From positions 7,120 to 71,119 of the forward strand of contig CAYQEG010000008.1 of assembly GCA_964416435.1 (NCBI GenBank): a DNA stretch of 64,000 nt, given 5' to 3'. The stretch's first letter is position 1. Each line of letters begins with the position of its first letter. Below are positions 27,389-38,076 of this stretch, piece after piece. This DNA is from an uncultured Rickettsiales bacterium. Its GTDB lineage: Bacteria; Myxococcota_A; UBA796; UBA9615. The notes beneath the pieces are model-generated. The model was not told where the DNA came from. It was given only the letters and a program-made list of their open reading frames with translations, and ran no database searches. Both the position numbers and the translations under genes were made by a program.

Positions 27389-29278
27389 GTGGAGCAAGCC
27401 ATCCACTCGCAGAAGACCAACCCGAGCGCGCCGGTGAAGCAGGTGCGGCAGCAGATCGTCGAGGTCGTCAGCGACTCCGGCGAGGGCGCTCAGACGGCTG
27501 GCCAGCTGTTCGGGAGCGTGTGCGCCAAGAGCGGCGCGGGCGTCTGGACCGTCGAGATCATCCCCGCCGAGATCGAGCCCCCGGCCCGGTCCCGCGCCGG
27601 GGCCAGCGGGATCCGCATCCGGTTCGGCACCGAAGAGATCACCAACATGGGTGACACCGCCGACCTGGTCGTCGCGTTCAACGAGCAGGTGCTCTACAGC
27701 CGGATCGATCAGGGCGCCCTGCGCGAGGGCACGATCCTGGTGCTCGACCGGGTCTGGGCGTCGCACGCGGACGAGCAGATTCGCAGCGCCTACGCCGCCG
27801 CGGTCGAAGACTTCCGGTCCCGGGGGTACGACATCCGCGAGCTGCCCCTCGAGGAGGAGGTGCTCAAGCACGTCGACAACCCGCGTCGCGGCAAGAACAC
27901 CTGGGTCGTCGGCATGATGGCCGCCTGGTACTCGATGGACATCCAGCCGTTCCTCGACGAGGTGCAGCTGCTGTTCGAGCGCAAGCGCAAGGGGCCCAAG
28001 GTCGTCGAGTCCAACCACCGGCTGCTGCGCGCCGGCTACCAGTGGGGGCTGGACAACCTGCCGGACCGGATGAGCGTGCCGCTCGTCCCCAGCGAGCAGG
28101 CCAAGGTCGTCATGAACGGCAACACCGCGGTCGCCCTGGGCTGCATGGCCGCCGGGATCGAGCTCTGCTCGATGTACCCCATCACCCCGGCCACCTCGGC
28201 GTCGCACTACCTGGCCTCGGTCTTCGACAAGGCGGGCGGGTTCGTGCACCAGGCGGAAGACGAGATCGCGGCGGTCGGCTTCGCCATCGGCGCGTCGTAC
28301 GCCGGCAAGACGGCGGTCACGATCACGTCGGGCCCCGGCATGGCGCTGAAGACCGAGCTCATCGGCCTGGCGGTCATGGCGGAGATTCCGCTCGTCATCG
28401 TGGACGTCCAGCGCGGCGGACCGAGCACCGGCCTGCCGACGAAGGTCGAGCAGGGAGACCTGCTGCACGCCCTGTGGGGGCACCCGGGCGACGCGCCGAA
28501 GGTGGTCATGGCTCCCTCGACCATCGGGGAGTGCTTCCACTTCATGGTCACCGCGCGGAAGCTCGCCGAGACCTTCCGCACCCCGGTCATCGTGCTGACG
28601 GACGCCAACCTGGCGACCGGCCAGGCGCCCTTCCCCTACCCCGAGCTCTCCGAGGACTGGCTCAGCCCGCCGGTCGACCAGTCGCCCTGGGTGGTCGGCA
28701 CGCGACCGTACGAGTGGGACGCCGAGACCGGACTGTCGCCGCGCCCGATCCCCGGACAGCGGGGAGGCGAGTACGTGCTCACGGGCCTGGCTCACGACCA
28801 GGAGAGCCACATCGCCTACGAGTCGGCGATCAACCAGCACAGCAGCGAGATGCGCAGCCGCAAGATGGCGGCGCTCCGCTCGACGCTGCGCCCGCCTGAG
28901 GTGTTCGGCGACGCTGAAGGAGACCTCCTGGTGGTCGGCTGGGGGAGCACCCGCGGCGCCATCGAGGAGGCGGTCGAGACCTGCCGGGCCGAGGGCCTCG
29001 CGGTGTCGTCCACCCACCTGCGGTTCATCGCTCCGATGGAGCCGGGGCTGACCGAGATCTTCGCCGGCTTCGAGAACGTGATGACGGTCGAGATCAACTA
29101 CAGCGACGAGGGCAACAGCTTCATCGACGAGGAGGGGCGCAGACGGTCCCAGCTCGCGGTGGTGTTGCGCTCGGCAACCCTCAAGGACGTCGACAGCTGG
29201 TCCCGGGTCCCCGGCGCGCCGCTGCCCCCGATGATCATCGCCGAGGCCATCCGCGCCCGGCTGGGCGAGGTGAAGTGA
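27389..29278 (+). CDS. korA: 2-oxoacid:ferredoxin oxidoreductase alpha subunit (fused gamma-alpha, KorA-like)
   Basis: GTG start with GGAGGAG RBS. N-terminal gamma-like VVSDSGEGAQTAGQLFG, then a TPP/transketolase-like alpha domain (GPGMALKTELIG..GGPSTGLPTKVEQGDL). Confidence 0.8.
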   Translation: MEQAIHSQKTNPSAPVKQVRQQIVEVVSDSGEGAQTAGQLFGSVCAKSGAGVWTVEIIPAEIEPPARSRAGASGIRIRFGTEEITNMGDTADLVVAFNEQVLYSRIDQGALREGTILVLDRVWASHADEQIRSAYAAAVEDFRSRGYDIRELPLEEEVLKHVDNPRRGKNTWVVGMMAAWYSMDIQPFLDEVQLLFERKRKGPKVVESNHRLLRAGYQWGLDNLPDRMSVPLVPSEQAKVVMNGNTAVALGCMAAGIELCSMYPITPATSASHYLASVFDKAGGFVHQAEDEIAAVGFAIGASYAGKTAVTITSGPGMALKTELIGLAVMAEIPLVIVDVQRGGPSTGLPTKVEQGDLLHALWGHPGDAPKVVMAPSTIGECFHFMVTARKLAETFRTPVIVLTDANLATGQAPFPYPELSEDWLSPPVDQSPWVVGTRPYEWDAETGLSPRPIPGQRGGEYVLTGLAHDQESHIAYESAINQHSSEMRSRKMAALRSTLRPPEVFGDAEGDLLVVGWGSTRGAIEEAVETCRAEGLAVSSTHLRFIAPMEPGLTEIFAGFENVMTVEINYSDEGNSFIDEEGRRRSQLAVVLRSATLKDVDSWSRVPGAPLPPMIIAEAIRARLGEVK

Positions 29279-30231
29279 TGTACGGAGTCAAGACCGACTG
29301 GTTCGACGCCCCTCCCGGCTGCCACTACGAGCTCGAGGACTACGAGGGGGCCACGGCCCGCTGGTGCCCGGGCTGCGGCGACCACGCGGTGCTCACCGCC
29401 ATCCAGCGCCTCTGCCGCGACGAGCAGCTGCCGCCCGAGAAGACCGTGATGGTGTCCGGAATCGGCTGCAGCAGCCGCTTCCCGCACTACATGAAGACGT
29501 TCGGGTTCCACGGCCTGCACGGCCGCGCGCTGCCCCTGGCCGAGGGGATCGTGTCCCGCCGGCCGGACCTGCACGTCTTCGTGTCCACCGGGGACGGCGA
29601 CTGCTGCTCCATCGGCGCAGGGCACTGGATCCACTCGATCCGATACAACATGAACATGACCGTGATGTTGTTCGACAACAACGTCTACGGCCTGACCAAG
29701 AACCAGACGTCGCCGACGTCGACGCGAGGCCAGGCGACCAACACGCACCCGCGCGGCGCGTGGCTCGATCCCATCAACCCGATCCAGACCACGCTCGGGG
29801 TGACGAACTGCTCGTTCGTCGCGCAGACCATCGACTGGAACCCGGCCCACCTGATGGCGACGCTCCAGGCGGCCCACCGCCACAAGGGCATGTCGTTCGT
29901 CCGCATCCTGCAGCGGTGCCCGCACTACACCGACGGGATCTTCGACTTCGCTCGGAACGACCCGAGCAACCTGCTGTTCATGGCCCACGCCGACGGCATC
30001 GACCTGGAGGGTCCCGCGGGCAAGTTGTTCACCAACCGCGTCGAGCACGACCCCGCCGACATCCACAAGGCACGCGAGTACGCCTCGGGCGAGCACGGCC
30101 TGCCGATCGGCCTCTTCTATCGGAACCCGAACGCGCAGCGATACGACGAGTTCTGCACCGAGGGGCTCGCCACCCCGCGGGCGGACAAGGTCGCCGCGCT
30201 CCGCTCGGTACTCGACAGCTACCGGATCTGA
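29275..30231 (+). CDS. korB: 2-oxoacid:ferredoxin oxidoreductase beta subunit (TPP-binding, KorB-like)
   Basis: ATGA overlap with the alpha subunit. Zn/Cys motif WCPGCGDH. TPP-binding GDGD..IG..H..IRYNMN. Confidence 0.85.
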   Translation: MMYGVKTDWFDAPPGCHYELEDYEGATARWCPGCGDHAVLTAIQRLCRDEQLPPEKTVMVSGIGCSSRFPHYMKTFGFHGLHGRALPLAEGIVSRRPDLHVFVSTGDGDCCSIGAGHWIHSIRYNMNMTVMLFDNNVYGLTKNQTSPTSTRGQATNTHPRGAWLDPINPIQTTLGVTNCSFVAQTIDWNPAHLMATLQAAHRHKGMSFVRILQRCPHYTDGIFDFARNDPSNLLFMAHADGIDLEGPAGKLFTNRVEHDPADIHKAREYASGEHGLPIGLFYRNPNAQRYDEFCTEGLATPRADKVAALRSVLDSYRI

Positions 30232-30232
30232 C

Positions 30233-33200
30233 ATGCCCGACCCCGCGTCCACCGTCAGCACGCTGGTGCTCGGCGGCGCCGAAGCCCTCAGCCGCCTGGA
30301 AGAGGCCGTGTGCGGGCTGCCGCCCGTCGCGAGCCCGGCTCGGGCCGAAGGGCTCGCCGCCGCTGGCGCGCACGCGTCCAGCCTGGGCCGCACCCCCTGC
30401 GTCCTGCCGATCCCGACCGAGATCAACGCCACCTGCGTACACCACGCGCTGTCCGACACGCAGCCTCCCCGGGGCACCGCCTGCGCGTTCGCGCCGGGCG
30501 ACGGCCAGGAGGCCCTCGACCTGGCGATCGCCGCGCGGCTGGTCTCCGGGGTCATGGGCCGCCCCGTGCTCTGCCTGCACGGCGCCTACAGCCGGGAGAC
30601 GGCTCGCCTGACGCTGCCCCTGCCGGTCGGCTGGAGCGAGCGCCCCGAAGACGACGACGCCGAGCCGCTGGCTGCCGCCGCGGCCGAGACGGTCGCGGCC
30701 GCCACCGGCCGTTCTGTGACCACGGTGCGCCGCGCGGGGCCCGAAGGGGCTCCGTTCGCGATCGTCGGTGCGGGCGTCGCGGGCCGCGCCGCCGAGCGCC
30801 TCGCCGCCGCCATCCGCGACGCCGGTCAGCCGTGCTCCAGCGTCTCGGTGACGCTGGTCCGTCCGGCCCCCATCGACGCGCTGGGGGAAGCCCTCGCGGG
30901 GGCGAAGCACTCCGTCCTCCTCATCGACTTCGACGACGGCGACCTCCTGCAGCTCGCGGCCCTGCGCGAAGCGGCCCCCGACGCCGCCTCCACCTCCGTC
31001 ACGGTGCCGGCGACGGCGCCCGTCGTCGGGCTGCTCGCCGCCGTCGGCGCGCACCTCCCCTTCGCCCCGCCGGTGGTCAAGGCCGAACCCGCGGAGACGA
31101 CCTTCCAGGTGACCGTCGTGCCCCACAGCGACTGGGCCATCGACGTGGCCCGCGGGATCGCCGGCCGCCTCATGCCACCCGGCCACTCGGTGGCGGTCTC
31201 GTCCCGCGGCCCTGGCGGCGGCGGCGCTGTGCTCATCGGGCCGGCCCACCAGTCGACCCGTCGGGTGCTCGTCGCAGCGGACGCCCGCAACCTCACCGGA
31301 GCGGTCGTCGACACCCTGCAAGACGACGACGTCGTCGTCGTGCACGGGCGGGGAGACGGTGACATCGACCGCATCGACGCCGCCGCCCGGAGCAAGCTCT
31401 CCGCTCGCGGCATCGCCGTCCGGATCGTGTACGCCGAGCCCGACGAGGGCGCGGCCTGGAGCGCCGGCCGGCTGATCGACGCCGCCGCCGCGGCCGCCGC
31501 GGACGCGGACCACGACGCCCTCCAGGAGGTCGCTGCGGCGGCCCTGGCCGGCGAAGACGAGACCCCCGAAGTGGACTTCCGATCCGCTCCGGGCGGCCCC
31601 GCCGGACCGACGACCGAGCCGGCCCTGGAGCACTCGCCGGGCTGGCTCCGCCAGTTCCACCTCGGCCGCGCGGGCCGCCGCCCTCCCGGCCCGCCGCTCG
31701 CGCCCGCGGCCGTCGGCGCCCTGGCCCGATCCGAGGCCCGGCGCTGGCCAGCCGTGCTGACCCGGGACGACGGCGTCCTGGCCGTCGGCACGCTCGCTGA
31801 CGCCGTCGCCTCGGCGCTCCCCCGAGCGGACGTACACCAGCTCGCTCGGGTGGAGCACCAGCTCCGCGCGCAGTTGAAGGAGAACGACGCCACCGTCGCC
31901 AACCTGCGCGAGCTGGCCGGCCAGGCGGCGCCCGCGGCCTGGCTCGAGGGCGACGGGCTGGAGGCCATCCCGGCCGACGCCCGCGCCGTCTGCCTGCATG
32001 ACGCGGTCGCCTTGGAGCTGGCCATCGAGGTTCTCCAGGAGCGCGCCGCCGAGGCCCGAGCACGCCTGGACGACCGCCTCGGCGCCCTCCGCGAGCGGCT
32101 GGCCGACCTGCTGGACCTCGACCGGATGCGCTCGAGCGCCGGGCGATCCGCCGACGCGCTCGGGAGCGCCCTGGGCGGCATGCCCCTCGTCGACCCCAGC
32201 AAGCTCGCCGCGACGCTCCCCGAACCGGAGCCGTCGAGCCTGCTCCCGGAGCTGCGCCGGCGACGCCTGGAGGGCGTGGCGGAGGTGCTGGACGCCTTCT
32301 CGCCGTCCGCGTCGCTGCCCCCGTCGACCCTGGTCGTGCCCCGCGACTCCGGGGTGGAGCTCCCCCCCACGCCCGGACACCTCGTCACCCACGAGATGCC
32401 GCTACAGGCCGCCCTCGGCCTGTTCGACGGCTTCGCCAACGTGCTCGCGGACGTCGTGCGGGCCGCCCGGACCGCCGAGCTCGAGCTCGACGACGCCTGG
32501 CGCGCCGACGTGCACGGCCCCGCGCTGGAAGATCTCGACTGGGAGGGGTTCACCCCGGACGAGCTCGCCGCCCTCCCCCAGATCGTCGTCGCCGTACCGG
32601 CGTCGCACGTCCGGGGGACCGGCGCGGCCGCCCTGCAGGGGGTGCTGCGCTCGGGTCGCCCGATCCGCGTGCTCGTGGTCGACGACGGCCTGGACTCGCC
32701 CGACGAGTACCACGCGCGCCCCGCCTGGCAGGCGATCGCGCACCGCGAGGCGTTCGTGGTCGGCGGCTCGGCCGCCCGGCCCGACCGCTGGGTCGAAGGG
32801 GTCTCCCGAGCCGCCGGCTCGGTCCGCCCCGCCCTGCTCGAGTTCTGGCTGCCCGACCCCGGTCCGAGCGACTGGCGGGAGCTGAGGGCCGCCGCTGCGG
32901 TGGCCGGTCGCACCTGCCCGGACCTCGTCTACGATCCCGACGGTGGCGCCGACCAGGCCGACCGCCTGGACGCCAGCGGCAACGCAGCCCCGGGTCAGGC
33001 CTGGCCGTCCTTCGAGGTCGCGGTCGCCGAGGGCGACCCCATCCAGGTCCCGCTGACCCACGCCGACGCGCTGTCGCTCGACCCGCGCTGGCGCGACTCC
33101 TTCCGCCTGCTCGATCCCGAGGACGAGGCGGCCGACCAGCTGCCCATCGACGCCTGGATCGACCAGCTCGATCCGTCCTCCCCGCAGCCCTGGCTGCCCT

Positions 33201-33871
33201 ACCTGTCGGTGGTCCACGCCGGCGCGATCCGCCGCGCAGTGCCGACCCGCGAGCTGGCCATGGCCTGCGCCGACCGGCTGCGCGGCTGGCACGCCGTGCA
33301 GGAGGCGGCGGGCTTCGACAACGCCTGGGCCCACCGGGCCGCCGAGGCCGCCTTCGAGCAGGCCAACGTGGCCGCCGCGACCGAGATCGCCGCGCTCCGG
33401 GCGGAGCACGTCTCGGAGCTGGAGCAGGTGCGCGCCACCGCCGCCCGGGAGGCCCTGTCCCGGGTCGCCCAGGCCCTGCTCGACGCCGGCTCGGGAGCGC
33501 TCGTGATCGGGGGTGGCGGCGCCGCACCCGAACCGATCGACGCCCCCGACAACGGCGCCCCGGAGCCGATCGCGGCCGTCGCCCCCCCCGCCGAGGAGCC
33601 GGAGGAGGACGACGCCCCGATCGTCGAGGAGGCCTACATCGACACCGTGCTGTGCACCACCTGCAACGAGTGCACGAACATGAACGGCCGGATGTTCAAG
33701 TACGACGGGAACAAGCAGGCGTTCATCGCGGACATCGAGGCGGGCACGTTCGCCGAGCTGGTGAAGGCGGCCGAGCTCTGCCCCGCCGCCTGCATCCACC
33801 CGGGGCCACCCCGCTCCGGCGACGGGACCGTGACGGACGACCTCGTCGCCCGCGCGGCCGCGTTCAACTAG
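30233..33871 (+). CDS. giant (1212 aa) Ala-rich protein with C-terminal 4Fe-4S ferredoxin-like domain, possibly PFOR-related
   Basis: Starts 2 nt after korB. C-terminus CTTCNECTNMNG..AELCPAACIHPG is a ferredoxin-type Cys cluster. Remainder has no confident domain match. Confidence 0.55.
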   Translation: MPDPASTVSTLVLGGAEALSRLEEAVCGLPPVASPARAEGLAAAGAHASSLGRTPCVLPIPTEINATCVHHALSDTQPPRGTACAFAPGDGQEALDLAIAARLVSGVMGRPVLCLHGAYSRETARLTLPLPVGWSERPEDDDAEPLAAAAAETVAAATGRSVTTVRRAGPEGAPFAIVGAGVAGRAAERLAAAIRDAGQPCSSVSVTLVRPAPIDALGEALAGAKHSVLLIDFDDGDLLQLAALREAAPDAASTSVTVPATAPVVGLLAAVGAHLPFAPPVVKAEPAETTFQVTVVPHSDWAIDVARGIAGRLMPPGHSVAVSSRGPGGGGAVLIGPAHQSTRRVLVAADARNLTGAVVDTLQDDDVVVVHGRGDGDIDRIDAAARSKLSARGIAVRIVYAEPDEGAAWSAGRLIDAAAAAAADADHDALQEVAAAALAGEDETPEVDFRSAPGGPAGPTTEPALEHSPGWLRQFHLGRAGRRPPGPPLAPAAVGALARSEARRWPAVLTRDDGVLAVGTLADAVASALPRADVHQLARVEHQLRAQLKENDATVANLRELAGQAAPAAWLEGDGLEAIPADARAVCLHDAVALELAIEVLQERAAEARARLDDRLGALRERLADLLDLDRMRSSAGRSADALGSALGGMPLVDPSKLAATLPEPEPSSLLPELRRRRLEGVAEVLDAFSPSASLPPSTLVVPRDSGVELPPTPGHLVTHEMPLQAALGLFDGFANVLADVVRAARTAELELDDAWRADVHGPALEDLDWEGFTPDELAALPQIVVAVPASHVRGTGAAALQGVLRSGRPIRVLVVDDGLDSPDEYHARPAWQAIAHREAFVVGGSAARPDRWVEGVSRAAGSVRPALLEFWLPDPGPSDWRELRAAAAVAGRTCPDLVYDPDGGADQADRLDASGNAAPGQAWPSFEVAVAEGDPIQVPLTHADALSLDPRWRDSFRLLDPEDEAADQLPIDAWIDQLDPSSPQPWLPYLSVVHAGAIRRAVPTRELAMACADRLRGWHAVQEAAGFDNAWAHRAAEAAFEQANVAAATEIAALRAEHVSELEQVRATAAREALSRVAQALLDAGSGALVIGGGGAAPEPIDAPDNGAPEPIAAVAPPAEEPEEDDAPIVEEAYIDTVLCTTCNECTNMNGRMFKYDGNKQAFIADIEAGTFAELVKAAELCPAACIHPGPPRSGDGTVTDDLVARAAAFN

Positions 33872-33880
33872 GAGCGCAGC

Positions 33881-34735
33881 GTGGAAGCGGTCGCGACTGC
33901 GGTCGGCATCATGACGGGCCTCGGCCTGTTCTTCGCCACCGTGCTCGCGGTCGCCTACCGGTTCTTGAGGGTGGAGGAGGACCCCCGCCTCGAGCAGGTC
34001 ACCGACATGCTGCCCGGCACCAACTGCGGCGCCTGCGGTGAGCCGGGCTGCGGAGCGTTCGCCAAGGCGCTGATCCTGAGCAAGGTCGGCCCCGCCGAGT
34101 GCACGGTCTCCAGCGCCGCCGACCGGACGGACATCGCCGAGGTGCTCGGCGTCGACGTCGGGGAGGCCGTCACCCGGGTCGCGAGGCTCAAGTGCGCGGG
34201 CGCCGAAGGGCTGGTCGGGAAGCTGGCCTCCTACCAGGGGCGGGGCTCCTGCCGAGCAGCGGCGGTCGTGGACGGAGGCGGTCGCGCCTGCCCCTGGGGC
34301 TGCCTGGGGCTCGGGGACTGCGAGGAGTCCTGCGACTTCGACGCGATCGCGATGGGCGCCGACGGGCTGCCCCACGTCTCGATCTCCGCCTGCGTCGCCT
34401 GCAACGACTGCGTCGACGTCTGTCCGCTGGACCTGTTCGTGCTCGCCCCGCTGGAGCACAAGCTGTTCGTCCAGTGCAACTCCCCCCTGGCCGGGGACGA
34501 GGCCCGCGCGCTCTGCGCCGTCGCGTGTGACGCCTGCGGCCGGTGCGCCGCCGACGCCCCCGCGCAGACCGTGACCATGCAGGGCGGGCTGCCGGTCATC
34601 GACTTCAGCACCGACTTCGAGCCCGGCCCCGAAGCCACCTTCCGTTGTCCCACCAGCGCCATCGTCTGGCTGGAGGGAGCCCAGTTCGAGGCGCCCGAGG
34701 AGGACTGGGAGTTCGAGGGCCGCCGCCGTGCCTGA
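33881..34735 (+). CDS. rnfB: Rnf electron transport complex subunit B
   Basis: N-terminal TM helix, GTNCGACGEPGCGAFA cluster motif, then two 4Fe-4S ferredoxin motifs (CVACNDCVDVCP, CDACGRC). Confidence 0.8.
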   Translation: MEAVATAVGIMTGLGLFFATVLAVAYRFLRVEEDPRLEQVTDMLPGTNCGACGEPGCGAFAKALILSKVGPAECTVSSAADRTDIAEVLGVDVGEAVTRVARLKCAGAEGLVGKLASYQGRGSCRAAAVVDGGGRACPWGCLGLGDCEESCDFDAIAMGADGLPHVSISACVACNDCVDVCPLDLFVLAPLEHKLFVQCNSPLAGDEARALCAVACDACGRCAADAPAQTVTMQGGLPVIDFSTDFEPGPEATFRCPTSAIVWLEGAQFEAPEEDWEFEGRRRA

Positions 34736-37700
34736 TGGAGACCGCCATGCATAAGTGGTTCGAGCTGCTACGTGGCGGCCCCAACGCGCCCGACCCCGAG
34801 CACCCCGGGACCGAGGCGGAGCGGTCGACGTCGGCCGCGATCCGCCAACTGGAGCGGCGAGCCGGCGTCGACGTGGTCGAGCAGGGCGCCGCCTCGGAGC
34901 GCCTCTCCATCGCCCTCGGCCGCACCCTCGCGGGCGACCGGGCCGCCGCCGTCGTCGCCCCCGGGGCGCTGCCCGAGCTGCACGGCGCCCTGCGCGCCGC
35001 CACCGAGCGCCTCGCGCCGGTGCTCGTACACGCGGTGCGCACCGCCGGCACCAGCTGGGGCTCCGGCCCCGACGCGGTGCTCGGCACCGGCGGCTTCGTC
35101 GCCGCCTCCCGGTCCGCCGCGCACGCGGTCAACCTGACCCTGTTCGCCCGCGCCCTCGCCGAGCGGGCGCTGGTGCCGGCCGTGCTCCTGCACGAGCAGA
35201 TGCCCAAGCCCGAGCCGGTCGTCGAGCCGGCCGACGCGACGCTCCGCGAGCTCCTCGGAGCCGCCGACGGCGACCTCGCCAGCCCGACCGAAGCCCAGCG
35301 GGCGCTGTTCGGCGCCGACCGTCGCCGGCTCGTCCGGTGGTTCGACCCGGACCACCCGGCCGCCGTCGGTGGCGGACGGGACGGCGTCGCCGCGGCGGCC
35401 GCCGAGCTGGGACGACACCTGTTCGTGGCCGACTCCGTCGACGAGATCGCGGCGCAGGTCGCGGCCGAGCAGCTGAAGCTGACCGGACGATCCATCGCCG
35501 CCCTGGACACCTGGGGCCTCGACGGCGCCGACGTCGTGGTCGTCGGGTGGGGCGAGCCCGCCGCGATCAGCGAGATGGTGGCCGAACGACTGCGAGGCGA
35601 ACGCGGACCGAAGGTCGGCGTGATCTCGCTGACCTTCCTGCGCCCGTTCCCGGCCGCCGAGCTCGCTCGGCTGCTCGCCGGCAAGCGCGCGATCGCTGTC
35701 CTCGAACCCACCGCAGACCCCCTGGCGGGGCTGCCTCCGCTGGCCCGGGACGTCGCGGCTGCCGCGCCGGCCGTCGCCGACCGGTTGATGCCGGTCTCCT
35801 GCTCCCTGGCGACCCACGCCAAGCAGGTCGCCGCGATGATGCGCGTGCTCATGGGCAAGACTCGGCCCCCGCGCCTCGCCCTGGACGTCCCCGCCCCCGC
35901 GGCGCAGACCGGCTTCCCCCGCCGCGACGCGCTGCTCGGCGGCCTGCGGGCGCAGTACGACCGGCTCGACGCCGAGCTGCTGCCCGCGCCCGAGACCCCG
36001 GCCCTGGCCCTGCCGAGCCAGGTGCCCCCGGTCCTCGCCCGGATCGCCGGAGACCGCCGCGCCCCGGACAGCCTGCCCCGCTTCTGGGGTGAGGTCGTGC
36101 AGCCGACCCTCGGCGGCAGCCCGCCATCGCCCGACCCCGTCGCCGCCGCAGGCGTGGTGCCGGCCGGAGCGACCGCGCTCCAGCCCGGTCCCGACCACGC
36201 CGACGCCCCGCTCCCCGCGCTCGACTCCGCCGCCTGCACCGCCTGCGGCGACTGCTGGACGGCGTGCCCTCAGGGGGCGATCGGCGCGGTGCTCCCCGGC
36301 GCCCAGGCCCTGCTCACCGAGGCCAGCCACCTCGCCGGCACGGCCGGCAAGCCGGCCGACTCGCTGCGCCGGGCGTACAAGCACGCCGCGGGGCGGATGA
36401 TCTCCCTCTCCGGCGACGGCGCCGTCGACGCCGACGTCCTCGAGCGGACCTGGGCCTGGCTCAGCGGCAAGGTGTCGATCCCCGACGACGACTACGACGC
36501 CTGGAAGGACGCCTGGAGCGCGACCGCCGCGCAGGTCACCGCGCTCGCCCCGGCCGTCGCGACGGCGGTGCCCGGCGAAGCGACCGAGCTGCTGCTCTGG
36601 TCGGTCGACGCGGCGGCGTGCGACGGCTGCGGCGCCTGCGTGAGCAGCTGCGATGAAGAGGCCCTCACCGCTCCCGAGCGCACCCCCGACCTCGTGGCCG
36701 CCGCGAGCGCTCGGCGCGCCGCCTGGGACGCGCTGCCCGACACCCCCGGCGAGGCGCTCAGCCGCGCCAGCGACGGGATCGGCTCGATGGCCGCGACCCT
36801 GTTGGCCCGCGGCCCCGCCGACGCCCAGCTCCCCGGTGACCCGGCCGGCGCGCCCGCCGGCGTGCGGCTCGGCCTGCGACTGCTGACCGCGGTGACCGAG
36901 GCCCACGGCCAGCGCAGGCTCGCCGAGCGGCTCGGACAGCTGGGCGCCGCCGGCGCGGCGGTCGAGGACCGCATCCGGACGGTCGTCACCAACAGCGTGG
37001 TCGGCGCCGACGCCGCCAAGCTGGCCGAGGCGGTCGCCCGCTCCGGCCAGGTGCGCGTCCCCCTGGGCGAGCTCGTCGGCCACCTCGAAGAGCTCGACGT
37101 ACCGCTCGCGCTGGACCGCAAGGACCTGCTCTCCGCCGCGCGCACGTCCACCGCCGTCTCGAACGCCGTCGAGCGGCTGAAGACCGGCGCCGACGGCCTG
37201 GGCCGCGCCCGCTTCGCGGTGCTCGCGACCCGCTCGGGGCCGGCCGCCCCGCTGCTGCGCCACCCCCTGCACCCCTGGTTCGCCCCCGCCGCGGTCGTCG
37301 ACGAGTCGGACGCCGCGGCCACCGCCCTGGGGCTCGCCCGGGCGCTCACGGCGGAGCACACCGCCCTGGTGCGGCTCGCCCGTCGGGCCGAGCTGCTCGC
37401 CCGGCCCCCGTCGGACCTCCCGGCCCGGCTGGACGCGATCGCTCGCCTGGGCTGGTCGGACCTGGAGCCGGCCGACCGGGCGGACTGCCCCCCGCTGCTG
37501 CTCATCGCCACCCGCGACGGCCACCTGCCAGCCCTGCTGGACCTGCAGGCGAGCGACCTGCCGATCGTCGTCGTGGTGCTCGACCACGAAGCCGGCGGCC
37601 CCGGCTCGGCGGTGGTGCTGGAGGCGCTGACCCGCACCGGCGCGTCGGTGGTCTCCGCCTCCGTGGGCGACCCGGATCACCTCGCTGCGTCGCTGACCGC

Positions 37701-38076
37701 CGCGCTGAGCCTCGGCGCCCCCGCCGTCCTGCACGTGCATGCCCCGGACGCGGAGCCGTCGGAGCTGCGCGACGCGGCCCGGGCGGCGGTGGAGGCGGGC
37801 GAGCACGTGCTCCTCCGCTACACCCCGGACGACGGGCTCGACCTGTCCGGCAACCCCGACCCGGCGACCGCGCTGCGGGGTCCGCTCGTCGATCGGCTCC
37901 AGGACCGGCTCGTCGCCGACGCCGCGGCCGAGCAGGCCGCCGCCGTGCAGGCGAAGGAGGCCGAGCACGCCGCCGCCCTCGCGGACGCCGCCGCCGGCGC
38001 CCGCGCCGAGCACGTGCGGGTGCTCACCGATCGCCTGATGGAGTTGGCCGGCTACGGCGCGGCGGGAGGCGGCTGA
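34735..38076 (+). CDS. giant (1113 aa) PFOR-like / ferredoxin-domain protein inserted between rnfB and rnfC
   Basis: ATGA overlap with rnfB. Region ..VISLTFLRPFPAAELARLLAGKRAIAVLE resembles PFOR domain II. CTACGDCWTACP and CDGCGACVSSC ferredoxin-like motifs. Ala-rich. High GC3. Confidence 0.55.
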   Translation: METAMHKWFELLRGGPNAPDPEHPGTEAERSTSAAIRQLERRAGVDVVEQGAASERLSIALGRTLAGDRAAAVVAPGALPELHGALRAATERLAPVLVHAVRTAGTSWGSGPDAVLGTGGFVAASRSAAHAVNLTLFARALAERALVPAVLLHEQMPKPEPVVEPADATLRELLGAADGDLASPTEAQRALFGADRRRLVRWFDPDHPAAVGGGRDGVAAAAAELGRHLFVADSVDEIAAQVAAEQLKLTGRSIAALDTWGLDGADVVVVGWGEPAAISEMVAERLRGERGPKVGVISLTFLRPFPAAELARLLAGKRAIAVLEPTADPLAGLPPLARDVAAAAPAVADRLMPVSCSLATHAKQVAAMMRVLMGKTRPPRLALDVPAPAAQTGFPRRDALLGGLRAQYDRLDAELLPAPETPALALPSQVPPVLARIAGDRRAPDSLPRFWGEVVQPTLGGSPPSPDPVAAAGVVPAGATALQPGPDHADAPLPALDSAACTACGDCWTACPQGAIGAVLPGAQALLTEASHLAGTAGKPADSLRRAYKHAAGRMISLSGDGAVDADVLERTWAWLSGKVSIPDDDYDAWKDAWSATAAQVTALAPAVATAVPGEATELLLWSVDAAACDGCGACVSSCDEEALTAPERTPDLVAAASARRAAWDALPDTPGEALSRASDGIGSMAATLLARGPADAQLPGDPAGAPAGVRLGLRLLTAVTEAHGQRRLAERLGQLGAAGAAVEDRIRTVVTNSVVGADAAKLAEAVARSGQVRVPLGELVGHLEELDVPLALDRKDLLSAARTSTAVSNAVERLKTGADGLGRARFAVLATRSGPAAPLLRHPLHPWFAPAAVVDESDAAATALGLARALTAEHTALVRLARRAELLARPPSDLPARLDAIARLGWSDLEPADRADCPPLLLIATRDGHLPALLDLQASDLPIVVVVLDHEAGGPGSAVVLEALTRTGASVVSASVGDPDHLAASLTAALSLGAPAVLHVHAPDAEPSELRDAARAAVEAGEHVLLRYTPDDGLDLSGNPDPATALRGPLVDRLQDRLVADAAAEQAAAVQAKEAEHAAALADAAAGARAEHVRVLTDRLMELAGYGAAGGG

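Noticed and set aside
26620-27420. 266-aa minus ORF and 26649..27245 plus ORF
   Set aside because: They overlap the hemerythrin-like gene and the intergenic region. The hemerythrin frame has the helix/HHE pattern and an RBS.
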